Positions 1-10,542 of a stretch of DNA of 64,000 nt are shown here, piece after piece. A model generated the notes under the pieces. The model saw nothing but the letters and a program-made list of their open reading frames with translations. It did not search any database and had not been told where the DNA came from. This DNA comes from Minisyncoccia bacterium (GTDB lineage Bacteria > Patescibacteriota > Minisyncoccia > Phycocordibacterales > UBA1006). The DNA is taken from contig JBGATS010000004.1 of the NCBI GenBank assembly GCA_044229075.1, positions 878 to 64,877 of the forward strand. The letters are read 5' to 3'. Within the stretch, counting starts at the first letter, position 1; each line of letters begins with the position of its first letter. The translations under genes and the position numbers were made by a program.

Positions 1-1
1 T

Positions 2-2097
2 AGCGCAGGATGATCCTGCGGTACATTGGGTGATAGTTGCTGCAATATATGGTTTTGCACCATCAGGAGTGGTTGCTATGGTTCGATAGATAGGACCAGG
101 GGTAGTTACCGTAAATACATCTGTGGCAAGTAACGTTTCTCCGCTTCCATGGTTTTGTGGTCCTGGGTTAGTGTTTTTATAAAATTCGATATAGTAGTCA
201 CCAGGTGGCACATCGACATAGTAATCAACTAGTCCTGTAGCATCCACATTGGTGATTACTGGGTAGTTGAGTTGATCATTTGCACCAGTGTCGCTATCAC
301 CAATATCGTTGATATTAGTGCCGTATGGCGCTTCTGCATCGGGAACAAAATCACCATTAACATCGTGTAAAATATCAATATCATACCCGTTATTATAGAT
401 ACTATTATTAACGATTGCACCTGCAAAATTATTTCCAACAACAGAAAATCGAGGTAATACTATCCCAATAGGATTATCAGTAATACTATTATTATGGATA
501 ATTCCAACAATTTGCCTAAAACCCATTATTCCCGCAGCAGATGCGTATTTGAGAATATTTCCTTCTGCAGGAGTCACCCCACCAATATCCATATACTGAG
601 GATCTACTAAACTGTCACCAGCAATGAGAATATGTACTTCATTTTGTACAGGAACTCCTGTCACCGCCTCTTTGATCTGGGTTATCCCATCCATACCAAC
701 ACCAAAATAGTTTCCTTGGACTATATATGAATAGTTTGTACCGTCGGGAGGTGCCTGCACATCACCACCCAGTTCTAGTCCAAATCCAGGAGATCCTGCA
801 AGTGAGTTAGGGGTGCGCCCACCCGCAAAAACATTATGCTCGTAGGTTCCAGAACCCCCAACAAAAATATTTTGCCCAGAAAGATTTACACTGTCGTTTG
901 TTGTGGGGCCAATATGGGTTACACAATCTGGTTGAGTACCAAAACAGTTTCCCTTCAAGGTAATATCAGAAACTTGATGCTGTGGTGTGTTAATTGTATT
1001 TACCCAGACTGCACCTACTCCCGCATTAACAGGGCTCTGTATATGCCCACTAATAATATTACCTTCGCCAAGGTTGGACCCGCCAACAACTACGCGTTTA
1101 ATTGTATTGATAGGGTTGACAGCATTATCAATATTAACACCGATCTGACTCCCCAATCCGATTGTTCCTGTACGGTCAGTACCAATATAGTTTCCTTGAA
1201 TCATAATATCTTCACCTGATTCAATGTGAATATTTCTCGCAGCAACTGATGGATTCCAAGTATTAAGTGCGCCACTAATAATATTGCGTTCCTGTATAGT
1301 ATCTCCACCAATCGTAATATGGTGGGTCGCATCACTACTGGTTACGGTAATAATGTTTATATCACTCGATGTCGGGCGATCAGCGAATGTTGTTGACCCA
1401 TCTGATCGGACACCAATTAAATTACCCTGGATTGAGATTTCATAACTTTCAAGAATAGGAAGACTTATATTGCCTCCACTATTAATAATATTCCCATTCC
1501 CTATCGCACCATCACCAATCACGATATGGTTACTGTTCTGGATAGATAATCCAGAACTAATAGCACTATTCATTCCTGAAATATCGGTACCAATATGGGA
1601 ACAGGTAACTGAGATATTGTTTGAATTCATAATACTTAGACTTCTCACTGAGACTCCATAAATCCCGCCAGAAGATGCGCCTGAAAAGAAAATTTGTGAA
1701 TTACCACTGCCAAAGTTAATCTCCACTCCCAATGTCCGAGGAGATGAACCTGTAACAATTTCTCCACATGAAAGTCCTGGTATTCCAGAAACACCGTCGA
1801 TCATAATCGGCGAAGTAATAGCAGGAAGGGTGCTTATTGGATCAATGACCATAGGGCCACTGAATGTAATCGTATCTGATCCTGCTGGATCACCAGATCC
1901 ACATTCACCAGGTGATACGAATCCATGTGGATCTCCTGTTACAGTATCATTTGCTTTTTCTATTGCTTCACGGAGTGTACAGACACCGTCGTCTGCGATA
2001 ACATCAGTGTTTGAGTCTACAATAATACTGTTTGCATGGTGGTAATAACGACCATTGATACAAGGATTGATAATGGTTTGATAAGGTTTTTAGACAT
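2..2097 (-). CDS. Large secreted CSLREA-domain / beta-helix surface protein, runs off the window's left edge; apparent frameshift near 2038 between signal peptide and mature part
   Basis: Minus frame reads NSIIVDSNTDVIADDGVCTLREAIEKAN...ISIQGNLIGVRSDG...YYIEFY, spot-checked in the same frame at several points. ATG at 2097 gives signal-like MSKNLIKPLSILVSMVVITT in another frame. Absent from the ORF track because no stop lies in the window. Confidence 0.75.
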
Positions 2098-2175
2098 ATA
2101 GGTATAGTATATTGTATGGAGGGTATAAATGCAAGAAAAAAGCCAACCGGGGAGGTTGGCTTTTTTATTCTTTTT

Positions 2176-3789
2176 TCAGCTATTATCTCTGCAATAATGT
2201 GCTACCTTATGATCTGGTAATCCGCTAGAAGTGTTTCTCATATATTTTTTAAAAGAAGTTTTTAATACAACATATCTGAAAAGATCTTTTGTATTAAAAA
2301 CGGGTAAAAAATATTTTTGTTTCATTGTTATTGAATTAAAACGAGAATATTTTTTTTCTGCGGATGACCTAATTTCTTTTTTTGAGAAACCGGTAATTAT
2401 TACCTGATCACCTTTTTCAAGGTCTGGAGGGACAGCAGTGTAGAAACAAGGTATTCTTTCTACATGTTTTTTTTGTGAGAAAAAAAACTTCTTAAAAAAT
2501 TGATCAATGGTAAGCGGACCAATATATTGATCAATTTTTATCTCGTTCCCTCTACCAATTTCATTGGTTAACACTGGAACAAATATTTTTTCCTGTATTA
2601 AGAAATATGATAATCCAGAGGCATAATGATTTCCCCAATCAGCGCCTGTGTACACATATAATCTGCGTGGAGGATTCTCTTTCAGTCTTCGTACAAGACT
2701 AAAAAGAGTTTTATTAGTAAACCTCTCTAAGGAAATCAGATATATACCTGGTAGAACATTCCCTAATTGTAAAAAAATTACCGTAATCGGTAGAATTATT
2801 TTTACACGAAAAGAAGACAATTCCTCTCTTGTAAGAAATACTATAAAGAGTGGCAAGATAAAACCGTATATTGGTGTTGCATAATGAGCAGCATACCCAA
2901 TATTTGTTCCTAAGAGAGCCCCTATATACACAATTGCAAGAGTACTAATTACGACAGTAGGGGTCAAAATGACTTTCTTATTTCTAAAAAAGAAATAAAG
3001 TATCGACAGTACAGTCAAACCGCAAATAATAATTATACTTGGATCGGAAATACTCCATTCTATAATTGCTTTTACTGCAAAAATAAAACTTGGTATAAAA
3101 CCAGCATCTGCACTCTGATACAAATCTTGAATCCTTGGAATAACAAAAAAAACATATAGCGAAAAGAAAATTATCCCTATAAAAGTGATAATTGCTCCAG
3201 CAATTTTTTCATAATTATTTTTTGAAAAAATAACTAAACTGATCCCTAATACGGTCATGGTAACCGCTGCGGTTTCTTTCAATAGTATTGCAACCATTCC
3301 AACAATAGTAAGTTGTATAGTCCAAGAAATATTTCTTTTTTTAAAGAAAAAAAGATTACTTATTATTAAAAATAATAATAGTAAATACCTCTCGGCATAC
3401 AATACCCTAAAAAAGGGAGCTGTCATTGCTGGGGAAAAAATTAATATTACAAGGAAAATTCCGAACAGCCACTTAATAGTTGAGCTTTTTATCCTTTTAA
3501 AAAACGGATATAGAAAATACCCACATAATAAAAAAGTGAGCGCAGAAAATCCATACGTGATGGTTAAAAAACCAATACGATCGGGAAAGAACTTGCGAAA
3601 CAAGTGCAACTCTGCGCCATGAAGTGGAAAAAATCTTCCACCACTGATGAGTTCAAATCCATACCAGCGACCAGCATCATCGGCAGCCAGAAAACCTGTG
3701 TCGTCAAATGGTGAAAAGTATCTCGTGTTGGTAAAAATTAATAGTGCATATATGATACATACTACTGAAAAAATAATTTTTGTTTTCAT
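2176..3789 (-). CDS. Multi-pass membrane protein, GT-C-fold glycosyltransferase-like
   Basis: About 11-12 hydrophobic segments, DD motif after TM1 (FLAADDAGRW), soluble C-terminal domain; start placed at MKTKII. Confidence 0.6.
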   Translation of the reverse strand: MKTKIIFSVVCIIYALLIFTNTRYFSPFDDTGFLAADDAGRWYGFELISGGRFFPLHGAELHLFRKFFPDRIGFLTITYGFSALTFLLCGYFLYPFFKRIKSSTIKWLFGIFLVILIFSPAMTAPFFRVLYAERYLLLLFLIISNLFFFKKRNISWTIQLTIVGMVAILLKETAAVTMTVLGISLVIFSKNNYEKIAGAIITFIGIIFFSLYVFFVIPRIQDLYQSADAGFIPSFIFAVKAIIEWSISDPSIIIICGLTVLSILYFFFRNKKVILTPTVVISTLAIVYIGALLGTNIGYAAHYATPIYGFILPLFIVFLTREELSSFRVKIILPITVIFLQLGNVLPGIYLISLERFTNKTLFSLVRRLKENPPRRLYVYTGADWGNHYASGLSYFLIQEKIFVPVLTNEIGRGNEIKIDQYIGPLTIDQFFKKFFFSQKKHVERIPCFYTAVPPDLEKGDQVIITGFSKKEIRSSAEKKYSRFNSITMKQKYFLPVFNTKDLFRYVVLKTSFKKYMRNTSSGLPDHKVAHYCRDNS

Positions 3790-3915
3790 TTTTAAAATTG
3801 TTTTGGTGATGAAAAACCTCGAAAATAATTCAAAGATTTTCGTCACCAAAACAACCTATTTGACAAAGAACTCTATGTTAGAGTCTATATAATCATATTA
3901 TTATGTATATGTCAA
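3790..3915 (-). promoter_or_regulatory. Promoter plus structured 5' leader (copy A)
   Basis: TTGACA at 3915-3910; small hairpin; GTTCTTTGTCAAA; long hairpin TTGTTTTGGTGA...TCACCAAAACAA (3798-3854) just before the ATG. Confidence 0.6.
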
Positions 3916-4014
3916 CTGTTCGTATATTTTATTTATGTACGAATCATCTATTCGCCACTCTTGGATTAAAAAAACCAACCTTTACGGGGTTGGCTCAAAA
4001 TTCTATAGGCAAAA

Positions 4015-6639
4015 CTAATTTTTAATCAGTTTGCCTATATATATTTTATTTTCAGATTTTCCTTCGAGGAAGTAAATTCCTGATGGAAAATTTGAAAGAT
4101 CTATCTGATTTAATCCAGATGTGAGCTCTCGTGTTGAAATAAGGACTTCAATTGAATTAAATATTTTCAGTGTACAATTCTCTTGAATCTCAACTTGTGC
4201 CAACCCATTTGTTGGATTTGGGTAGACAAGAACTTCTTGTGGAATTGTTATTACCTCTGACATGGATAGTACGCATATATCAGAATATGTGTATGTATCG
4301 TCAAAATCAATTTGTTTTATTCGATAATAAATTTTACCACTAAGTGTGGCTGTATCTACAAAAAAATAGTCGCGAAATTGATTACTATTTCCATCACCAG
4401 AAGGCACAAAACCAATGCTATCAAACTGTATACCATCCAACGAGCGTTCGATTGTGAACCCAGTATTGTTTATCTCTGATGCGGTTGACCATGAAAGTTT
4501 TGCACTTCCAGAGTCAATCTTGCACCCAAAGGAAACTAGTTCTACTGGCAACAATATTGCTGGGCGTAATACAAACGTCAACGTAATATCAGTATCTGAG
4601 AAGATTTGAAACTTTCTCGATGAATCTGGATACTCTTTTATCATGACGTCATGTCCGTTTAGAACAGTATAACTAATTTGCAATCCTGGCTTTGGAAGAT
4701 ACGGCCCCGACCAACTTTTGGTTAACGTCAGACTATTGAATTCTAACGTAACTATATTTGCTGAAATCGAGTCAAATACGATATGTACGTGATTCGTATC
4801 TGTTAATACGTTGTACGCATACTGTGGTTGAAACTGGTTTGTTAGCAGTTGCAGCGCAGGTAATCTCCGTGACTCCACGAAGTTTCTAAATTCCCCGAAC
4901 GTGTGCTCTTGTCCTATTGAATCACGACCACCATTCGGGTAGCCGCCCCATGCTTCATAGTTGTATTTGTAGTACGGTATTACTTTTGGTCGAAAAGTAT
5001 CTACTATACCAGTTAAACGATCTGGAAGTAACCCAGTGTTCAGCATGTCTTCATAGACAAGTATCATTCGGTCAATCGCTTTTGGCGATTTGAGAATGAT
5101 TTTCTGAATCACTTCACGCATAAAACCAAAATAGTTGACAGATGACGGACCTAAAATTTTAGAATTCCAGTTACTCGCATTTATACCCTCCCATATTCCG
5201 ACATCATCAAAGTCCTCCATGAGGATGAACAACTTGTTTTGAGGTGTCAGCCCTAGTCCAATGTTATTATCAATTACATCATTCATATTGAAGTGATTAA
5301 TTAGACATAGATATCGTAACCAACTACCAAGATCTATCAGTGTGAGGAGTGTATCATAATGATCATAGAGTGTATCTCTTGCGAGATTCACCAACGTTTG
5401 AGTAATGGGTTTTATGCGTTGATTTGTCCCCTCTTCTACAGAAGCAATGATGCGTTTCTGACCGTCATGGTTCGTTACACTAACAGATATAACAGTATCT
5501 ATATACCCTGCAGGAAAAAACTGCAATGTGTCAAACCCAAGCGACCGGAAAAAATTCCCTACAATAGTGGTATCGTAGTCAAAATTAAATCGTACCCATG
5601 TACCAGCAAACGTGCTGTCATAGATAGTGGTATCTGACCCGACAATAAGTGTGTCGTAAAAAGTCTTAGATCCCACGTATATCGTGTCATAATACACGTT
5701 GAACGGAATCGGTCGAATTAAATCGACGGAATCCTTATCAACACCATATACCGATGCAACATACCGTTCGTCTGACTTGCGTTGAGGGAACGTGAACGAC
5801 CAATATGATCCGTTGATATACAATATAGAAACCGCATTATCAACACCACCGATCCTCCAATTAGGATAGTTAATGATGCGTTGTACAATTTCATTGATAC
5901 CAAACGCAGGTATTTGACCACCGTTGCCACTTCGCAACTTTATCTTATACTCATCTTGTAGGACACCTACTGTTGGACTAAAGACTGAGGTACGCATCTT
6001 TTTCGGACCAAAAACCGGAGATTTATTCGTTGCTTTTACGGTGAACCCTTTGTTTGCGATACAGGCACTTGAGCCTGCTGCAATATAGAATTCAACCGGC
6101 TGGTTAACCTCAAGAACTCCAGTTGGACTAAATACATGTAGCCATGCACGCACCCGTATGTCTTCTTCATAACGATTTTGCATATCTGCAAAATCAAGTG
6201 AGTCAACAGTGACGAAAAACATGTGCACATTATGCGGTATAACGCCAAGACCGATAACATAAACAGAGTCTTTTACTACTGTTTGAGTTACTGTATCGAC
6301 AAGAACTACTTGTACTACATTTGTCTTGTTTCTATCCCCACTGGGTAAGTTGGAGTCAAATGCATAACTGCACGGATTCCGTGCGTATATCACATTTTCC
6401 CAAGTATTGATTTCTGCTGGTCTTTTTTTTAACCACATACCGCCCGAGTATGGACGATATGAGTCACCAGTGAAACGATTCATTGAAACCAACACTTGCT
6501 GGTTTACACCAGCGACCCAATTCACTGTGAAATAAATTGAGTCAACATTATAGAAGCCACTTTTGTGGCTGGTTTGCGAAAAAGTTTGAATACTTAGCAA
6601 GAATGTCATTACCAAGAATACCAAGATTTTTGTTTTCAT
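4015..6639 (-). CDS. Secreted CotH-kinase-like protein with T9SS type A C-terminal sorting domain
   Basis: Signal peptide MKTKILVFL...TFS/Q; CotH-like motifs (LYINGSYW, IDLGSWLRY, DVIDNN, EDFD); C-terminus LPVELVSF...WSTASEINNTGFTIERS...YYRIKQIDFD...VYPNPT...SGIYFL...KLIKN. Confidence 0.8.
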   Translation of the reverse strand: MKTKILVFLVMTFLLSIQTFSQTSHKSGFYNVDSIYFTVNWVAGVNQQVLVSMNRFTGDSYRPYSGGMWLKKRPAEINTWENVIYARNPCSYAFDSNLPSGDRNKTNVVQVVLVDTVTQTVVKDSVYVIGLGVIPHNVHMFFVTVDSLDFADMQNRYEEDIRVRAWLHVFSPTGVLEVNQPVEFYIAAGSSACIANKGFTVKATNKSPVFGPKKMRTSVFSPTVGVLQDEYKIKLRSGNGGQIPAFGINEIVQRIINYPNWRIGGVDNAVSILYINGSYWSFTFPQRKSDERYVASVYGVDKDSVDLIRPIPFNVYYDTIYVGSKTFYDTLIVGSDTTIYDSTFAGTWVRFNFDYDTTIVGNFFRSLGFDTLQFFPAGYIDTVISVSVTNHDGQKRIIASVEEGTNQRIKPITQTLVNLARDTLYDHYDTLLTLIDLGSWLRYLCLINHFNMNDVIDNNIGLGLTPQNKLFILMEDFDDVGIWEGINASNWNSKILGPSSVNYFGFMREVIQKIILKSPKAIDRMILVYEDMLNTGLLPDRLTGIVDTFRPKVIPYYKYNYEAWGGYPNGGRDSIGQEHTFGEFRNFVESRRLPALQLLTNQFQPQYAYNVLTDTNHVHIVFDSISANIVTLEFNSLTLTKSWSGPYLPKPGLQISYTVLNGHDVMIKEYPDSSRKFQIFSDTDITLTFVLRPAILLPVELVSFGCKIDSGSAKLSWSTASEINNTGFTIERSLDGIQFDSIGFVPSGDGNSNQFRDYFFVDTATLSGKIYYRIKQIDFDDTYTYSDICVLSMSEVITIPQEVLVYPNPTNGLAQVEIQENCTLKIFNSIEVLISTRELTSGLNQIDLSNFPSGIYFLEGKSENKIYIGKLIKN

Positions 6640-6720
6640 ATTTATTATTGTTTTGATTATCAAAAAATTCAAAAGATATAAATTCTCTGGTAATCAAAAC
6701 AATGTTTGACAAGGAGCTAT
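6640..6720 (-). promoter_or_regulatory. Structured 5' leader (copy B)
   Basis: GCTCCTTGTCAAA followed by hairpin ATTGTTTTGATTA...TAATCAAAACAAT (6647-6703) before the ATG. Confidence 0.55.
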
Positions 6721-6990
6721 TTTTATAAAAAAAATTACCATACATCATAGAAAATGTAAAGCGCTCCATACTATAGGATCAGTCTCGTTCCTTGTGTTGA
6801 TATAATGTATTGTGTACAAAAAAAGCTGATCTGTGTCAGCTTTTCATATTATTTGAAATATATAGGCGTATAGTTGTTGTAATTTTTTCTATTGCCTTTT
6901 AAAATGAAAAAAGTTAGTATGATTTTATTTTTCATATGACGCATAATTTTATTTACTGTAGGATTTTCTAAGTCTATTTTGTTTTCTATA

Positions 6991-7605
6991 TTATTTCCAT
7001 TTGATATATATATTTCTAAAAGGAGAATAATCTACGCTCCATGCCAATAAATCATCTAAATTCTTCAATAATAATGAAGAACCCTCGGGTACATATTGGG
7101 TATTTTTATTTATTGACGCTATTGATTTTTCAACTGAAATCAAGGGGTCCAATAAAACATTTCCAAAATATTTATTCAAAGAATTATTATTACTTAAACT
7201 AGTGTACATTTTATTCAGTTTGTGAATATTGATTGACTTATCGGATTTTAATAAAAGATCTCCTTGAGTATTATTTTCAAAAAAATAATTATAAAAATCT
7301 ACTTGTACGAATCCAATACCCTTCACTGGGTAAAAGTTTTCGAGAGCCTCAGTCAATATTTCTTTGTGCACGTTCCCAGTAGTGATTAGGTATGGCAGTG
7401 CCATAATTCTTTTAAAACCATCATCTGATATTTGTTTATAACTGCTTTTATATAGCTTTATTAGCTGTGTTTGGGTTGAAGGAACACCGTCAATTTTAAA
7501 CTTATTGATTTCCTCTTCAAAATTGTATTCAACCCTTTTGTTGAGATTTTTTTCGAGGAATAAAAAGATGATAAAATCAACTATTCTTTTTTTATTTGTT
7601 TCCAT
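6991..7605 (-). CDS. Hypothetical protein, paralog of the adjacent gene; possibly degenerate Panacea/SocA-like
   Basis: Shares LPYLITT..N...F.P/VMKG.G(F/Y) with 7805..8397. Confidence 0.55.
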   Translation of the reverse strand: METNKKRIVDFIIFLFLEKNLNKRVEYNFEEEINKFKIDGVPSTQTQLIKLYKSSYKQISDDGFKRIMALPYLITTGNVHKEILTEALENFYPVKGIGFVQVDFYNYFFENNTQGDLLLKSDKSINIHKLNKMYTSLSNNNSLNKYFGNVLLDPLISVEKSIASINKNTQYVPEGSSLLLKNLDDLLAWSVDYSPFRNIYIKWK

Positions 7606-7804
7606 TTTTAATTGCTTTAGTTTCCAAAAAATCTTCTGGAGTAAAGAGTCTTTGGAAACCAAAACAATATGTATCAATGAAACCCTCACCTTTATTGCAG
7701 TTAATCATAATTTGTATCTTATGTCAAGGAATGGTGGTATATAAAAAGGCTTACTAGGTAAGCCTTTTCCCCTCACATACAATCAACTGCCAATATATTT
7801 TAAT

Positions 7805-8397
7805 TTAATTCTTCAATAGAAGAGGGTCTTCTGTAAAAATTGTTTTCTCTTGTTCAATAATATAATTAGGAATTATTTTATTAAACAATTTTAAATTATA
7901 AATTTTATCTAAAGTTCTAGATTTGCTCATTCCTGATAACAATTCTTCAAATGAGAGCTTTATTAAAATAACAATTCTTCAAATGAGAGCTTTATTAAAT
8001 CTTTCTTAGTTTTTGAATAAACAGCTAAAGAATGGTCTATAGCAGTTTTCGCCCTTTTCCAAATGTTAGGGCGAAGATTATTGATTATCAATAATCTATC
8101 ATTAACAATGATAAAATAATTGTTTTGAAAAGTAGGTGACTTAATACTTTGCTCTATTTCATGCTCAATATAACCAGTACCTTTCATAACCTTGAAAACA
8201 TCACCAACATGTTTTAAAAGCAATTTTCTATTTTCTAATCCATTTGCTGTAATAATAAGATAAGGTAATAACAATACCTTATCTATTGTAAAATTATTTT
8301 TATTGTTAAAATCATCTAAATCTGTATAAACCCCATCCTTGATAGAATTATTGGCTAAGGTAACCAATATATACGCTAAGTTCTGTATTTTTTCCAT
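7805..8397 (-). pseudogene. Hypothetical gene truncated by a 32-bp tandem duplication
   Basis: Removing one repeat unit restores a 186-aa ORF ending at TAA 7805. Confidence 0.75.
7936..7999. repeat. Perfect 32-bp tandem duplication
   Basis: ATAACAATTCTTCAAATGAGAGCTTTATTAAA at 7936-7967 and 7968-7999. Confidence 0.95.
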
Positions 8398-8533
8398 ATT
8401 TTTTTATAAAAAATAGCATTTTTTATACTGTTTGTCTACTACGTTTCATTAGTTACCCTTGGTGCAAAATATTAAAATGTCGGGGCGTACCCTAATTTTG
8501 CATTTCTTGGCAGAATCTGGTATGGTGCCCGAT

Positions 8534-9604
8534 ATGAATACAGAACATATCATCACCGAGGTAAAAAAACTCGAACACAGCCGTGTCGAAATAACGGTTA
8601 CGATTCCTACTGTGGAAATTGAATCGTTTCGCAATCAAGTAATCCAATCATTACAACAGTCGATCGAAATTGACGGATTCCGAAAGGGTCATGCCCCAGA
8701 ATCAAAAATCATCGAACGAGTTGGTGATATGGGAATCTTGGCAGAAATGGCAGATCAAGCATTGTCTGAAAGTTATCCGACCATTATCACAAAAACAGAA
8801 ATCATGCCGATCGGGCGACCAGAAATTGTTATTACCAAACTCATCCCTGGGAATGACGTTATGTATACCATCACCACTGATGTTATGCCGACAGTAGTCA
8901 TTAATGATGTTGAAAAAATTGCACAAGAAAAAAACAAGCACGAGCTAACCGTTGCTGTTACTGATGCTGATGTAGAAAAAGCAATTACTGAAATCAGAAA
9001 AATGCGCGCCCATGAAAAAATGCACGAGGATGGTATCGATCACCATGATCACAACCATCACAATATCGCAGACGCTGATCTCCCAGAACTCACCGATGAT
9101 TATGTGAAAGGATTAGGCAATTTTGAAACTGTTGCTGACTTTACACAACACGTGCGCACAAATCTGGAACAGGAACACACGGCAACCGCCCACGAAAAAC
9201 GTCGGTTGGAAATTATCGAGGCGATCATGGACAAAGGTACCTATGATATCCCGGCAAGTATTATCGATTTTGAATTGAATAAAATGATGGAACAATTCAG
9301 TTACGATCTAGCAATGAACGGAATGAGTATCGATGAATATGCACAACATATTGGAAAATCTATTGATGATATAAAACACGAGTGGAAAGATCAAGCAGAA
9401 AAACGTGTTCGCATGCAGCTCACACTCGAAAAAGTTGCACACGATTTTTCTATTACACCTGATCAAGAAAAAATAGATACAGAAGTTGAAAAAATCATGG
9501 ACATGTACCAGAACGAATCACTCCAAAAAGAAAATGTGGTTACCTATGTTACCCAAATCATGACTAATACTGCGGTGTTTGATTGGTTGGAAGCACAGAA
9601 ATAG
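8534..9604 (+). CDS. tig: Trigger factor (short form lacking the PPIase domain)
   Basis: IDGFRKGHAP ribosome-binding motif; upstream of clpP. Confidence 0.92.
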   Translation: MNTEHIITEVKKLEHSRVEITVTIPTVEIESFRNQVIQSLQQSIEIDGFRKGHAPESKIIERVGDMGILAEMADQALSESYPTIITKTEIMPIGRPEIVITKLIPGNDVMYTITTDVMPTVVINDVEKIAQEKNKHELTVAVTDADVEKAITEIRKMRAHEKMHEDGIDHHDHNHHNIADADLPELTDDYVKGLGNFETVADFTQHVRTNLEQEHTATAHEKRRLEIIEAIMDKGTYDIPASIIDFELNKMMEQFSYDLAMNGMSIDEYAQHIGKSIDDIKHEWKDQAEKRVRMQLTLEKVAHDFSITPDQEKIDTEVEKIMDMYQNESLQKENVVTYVTQIMTNTAVFDWLEAQK

Positions 9605-9616
9605 TTAAATCAGCTA

Positions 9617-9711
9617 ATACATTCATGGACTGTTATCGAGCATTACAATAATAGGTACTACTGTCCCTACGCTGCAAGAAACTTCTGCGAGATAACAGAC
9701 CATGAATGTAT
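9617..9711. ncRNA. Candidate structured RNA / long inverted repeat between tig and clpP
   Basis: 21-bp closing stem with one mismatch (ATACATTCATGGaCTGTTATC / GATAACAGaCCATGAATGTAT) enclosing two small hairpins. Confidence 0.35.
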
Positions 9712-9874
9712 AAAAGATTTTGTAGCTAAATTTGAATCACGATCTTATTTTTATGACAAAAACTCGCCCAAAAGGCGTTTTTTTGATATAGTACATTTCG
9801 GGAACTGCCGAACTGAAAAAATGATTGTTTTTCCTTATTCCCTACCTACCCATTTTAATCAATCTTATATTCCT

Positions 9875-10459
9875 ATGTCCTATTTAGTCCCCACTGTACT
9901 CGAAAAAACATCCATGGGTGAACGTGCCTATGATATTTATTCACGATTATTAAAAGACCGCATCATCCTGTTATCAGGTCCAATCAATGACGAAATTGCA
10001 AATCTTGTGGTTGCTCAGCTCATATTCCTCGAAAACGAAGACTCGAAAAAAGATATCACCCTCTATATCAATTCCCCGGGTGGGCACGTGCATGCAGGAC
10101 TCGGTATTATTGATACCATGAACTTTATCAAACCAGATGTAGCAGTCGTCTGTATTGGAATGGCAGCATCGATGGGTGCTATGATTCTGTCATCAGGCGC
10201 AAAAGGTAAACGTTTTGTATTACCCAATTCCGAGGTGATGATCCACCAGCCATTGGGTGGTGCAGAAGGTCAAGCATCCGATATTGCCATTGCTGCAGAA
10301 AATATTTTGAAAACACGTAACGTGCTCTATAAAATGCTTGCAAAAAATACCGGCAAGAAGATTGATCAGATTGAAAAAGATGCCGATCGTAACTATTGGA
10401 TGTCCTCAGAAGAGGCGGTAAAATATGGAATTGTTGATAAAATTATTACCAAACGATAA
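9875..10459 (+). CDS. clpP: ATP-dependent Clp protease proteolytic subunit
   Basis: [37 protein letters not shown]. Confidence 0.98.
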   Translation: MSYLVPTVLEKTSMGERAYDIYSRLLKDRIILLSGPINDEIANLVVAQLIFLENEDSKKDITLYINSPGGHVHAGLGIIDTMNFIKPDVAVVCIGMAASMGAMILSSGAKGKRFVLPNSEVMIHQPLGGAEGQASDIAIAAENILKTRNVLYKMLAKNTGKKIDQIEKDADRNYWMSSEEAVKYGIVDKIITKR

Positions 10460-10542
10460 AAAAGCCTGTGTTGTAATGACACTGGCTTTTTTTAAGAAAT
10501 AGTAAAAACTGAATCTCTGAAATCTATTTTTAATGTGAAAAA

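Noticed and set aside
256-2045. Short ORFs 256..441, 836..1219, 1470..1661, 1830..2045
   Set aside because: Shadows of the long minus-strand CSLREA gene that the ORF track missed
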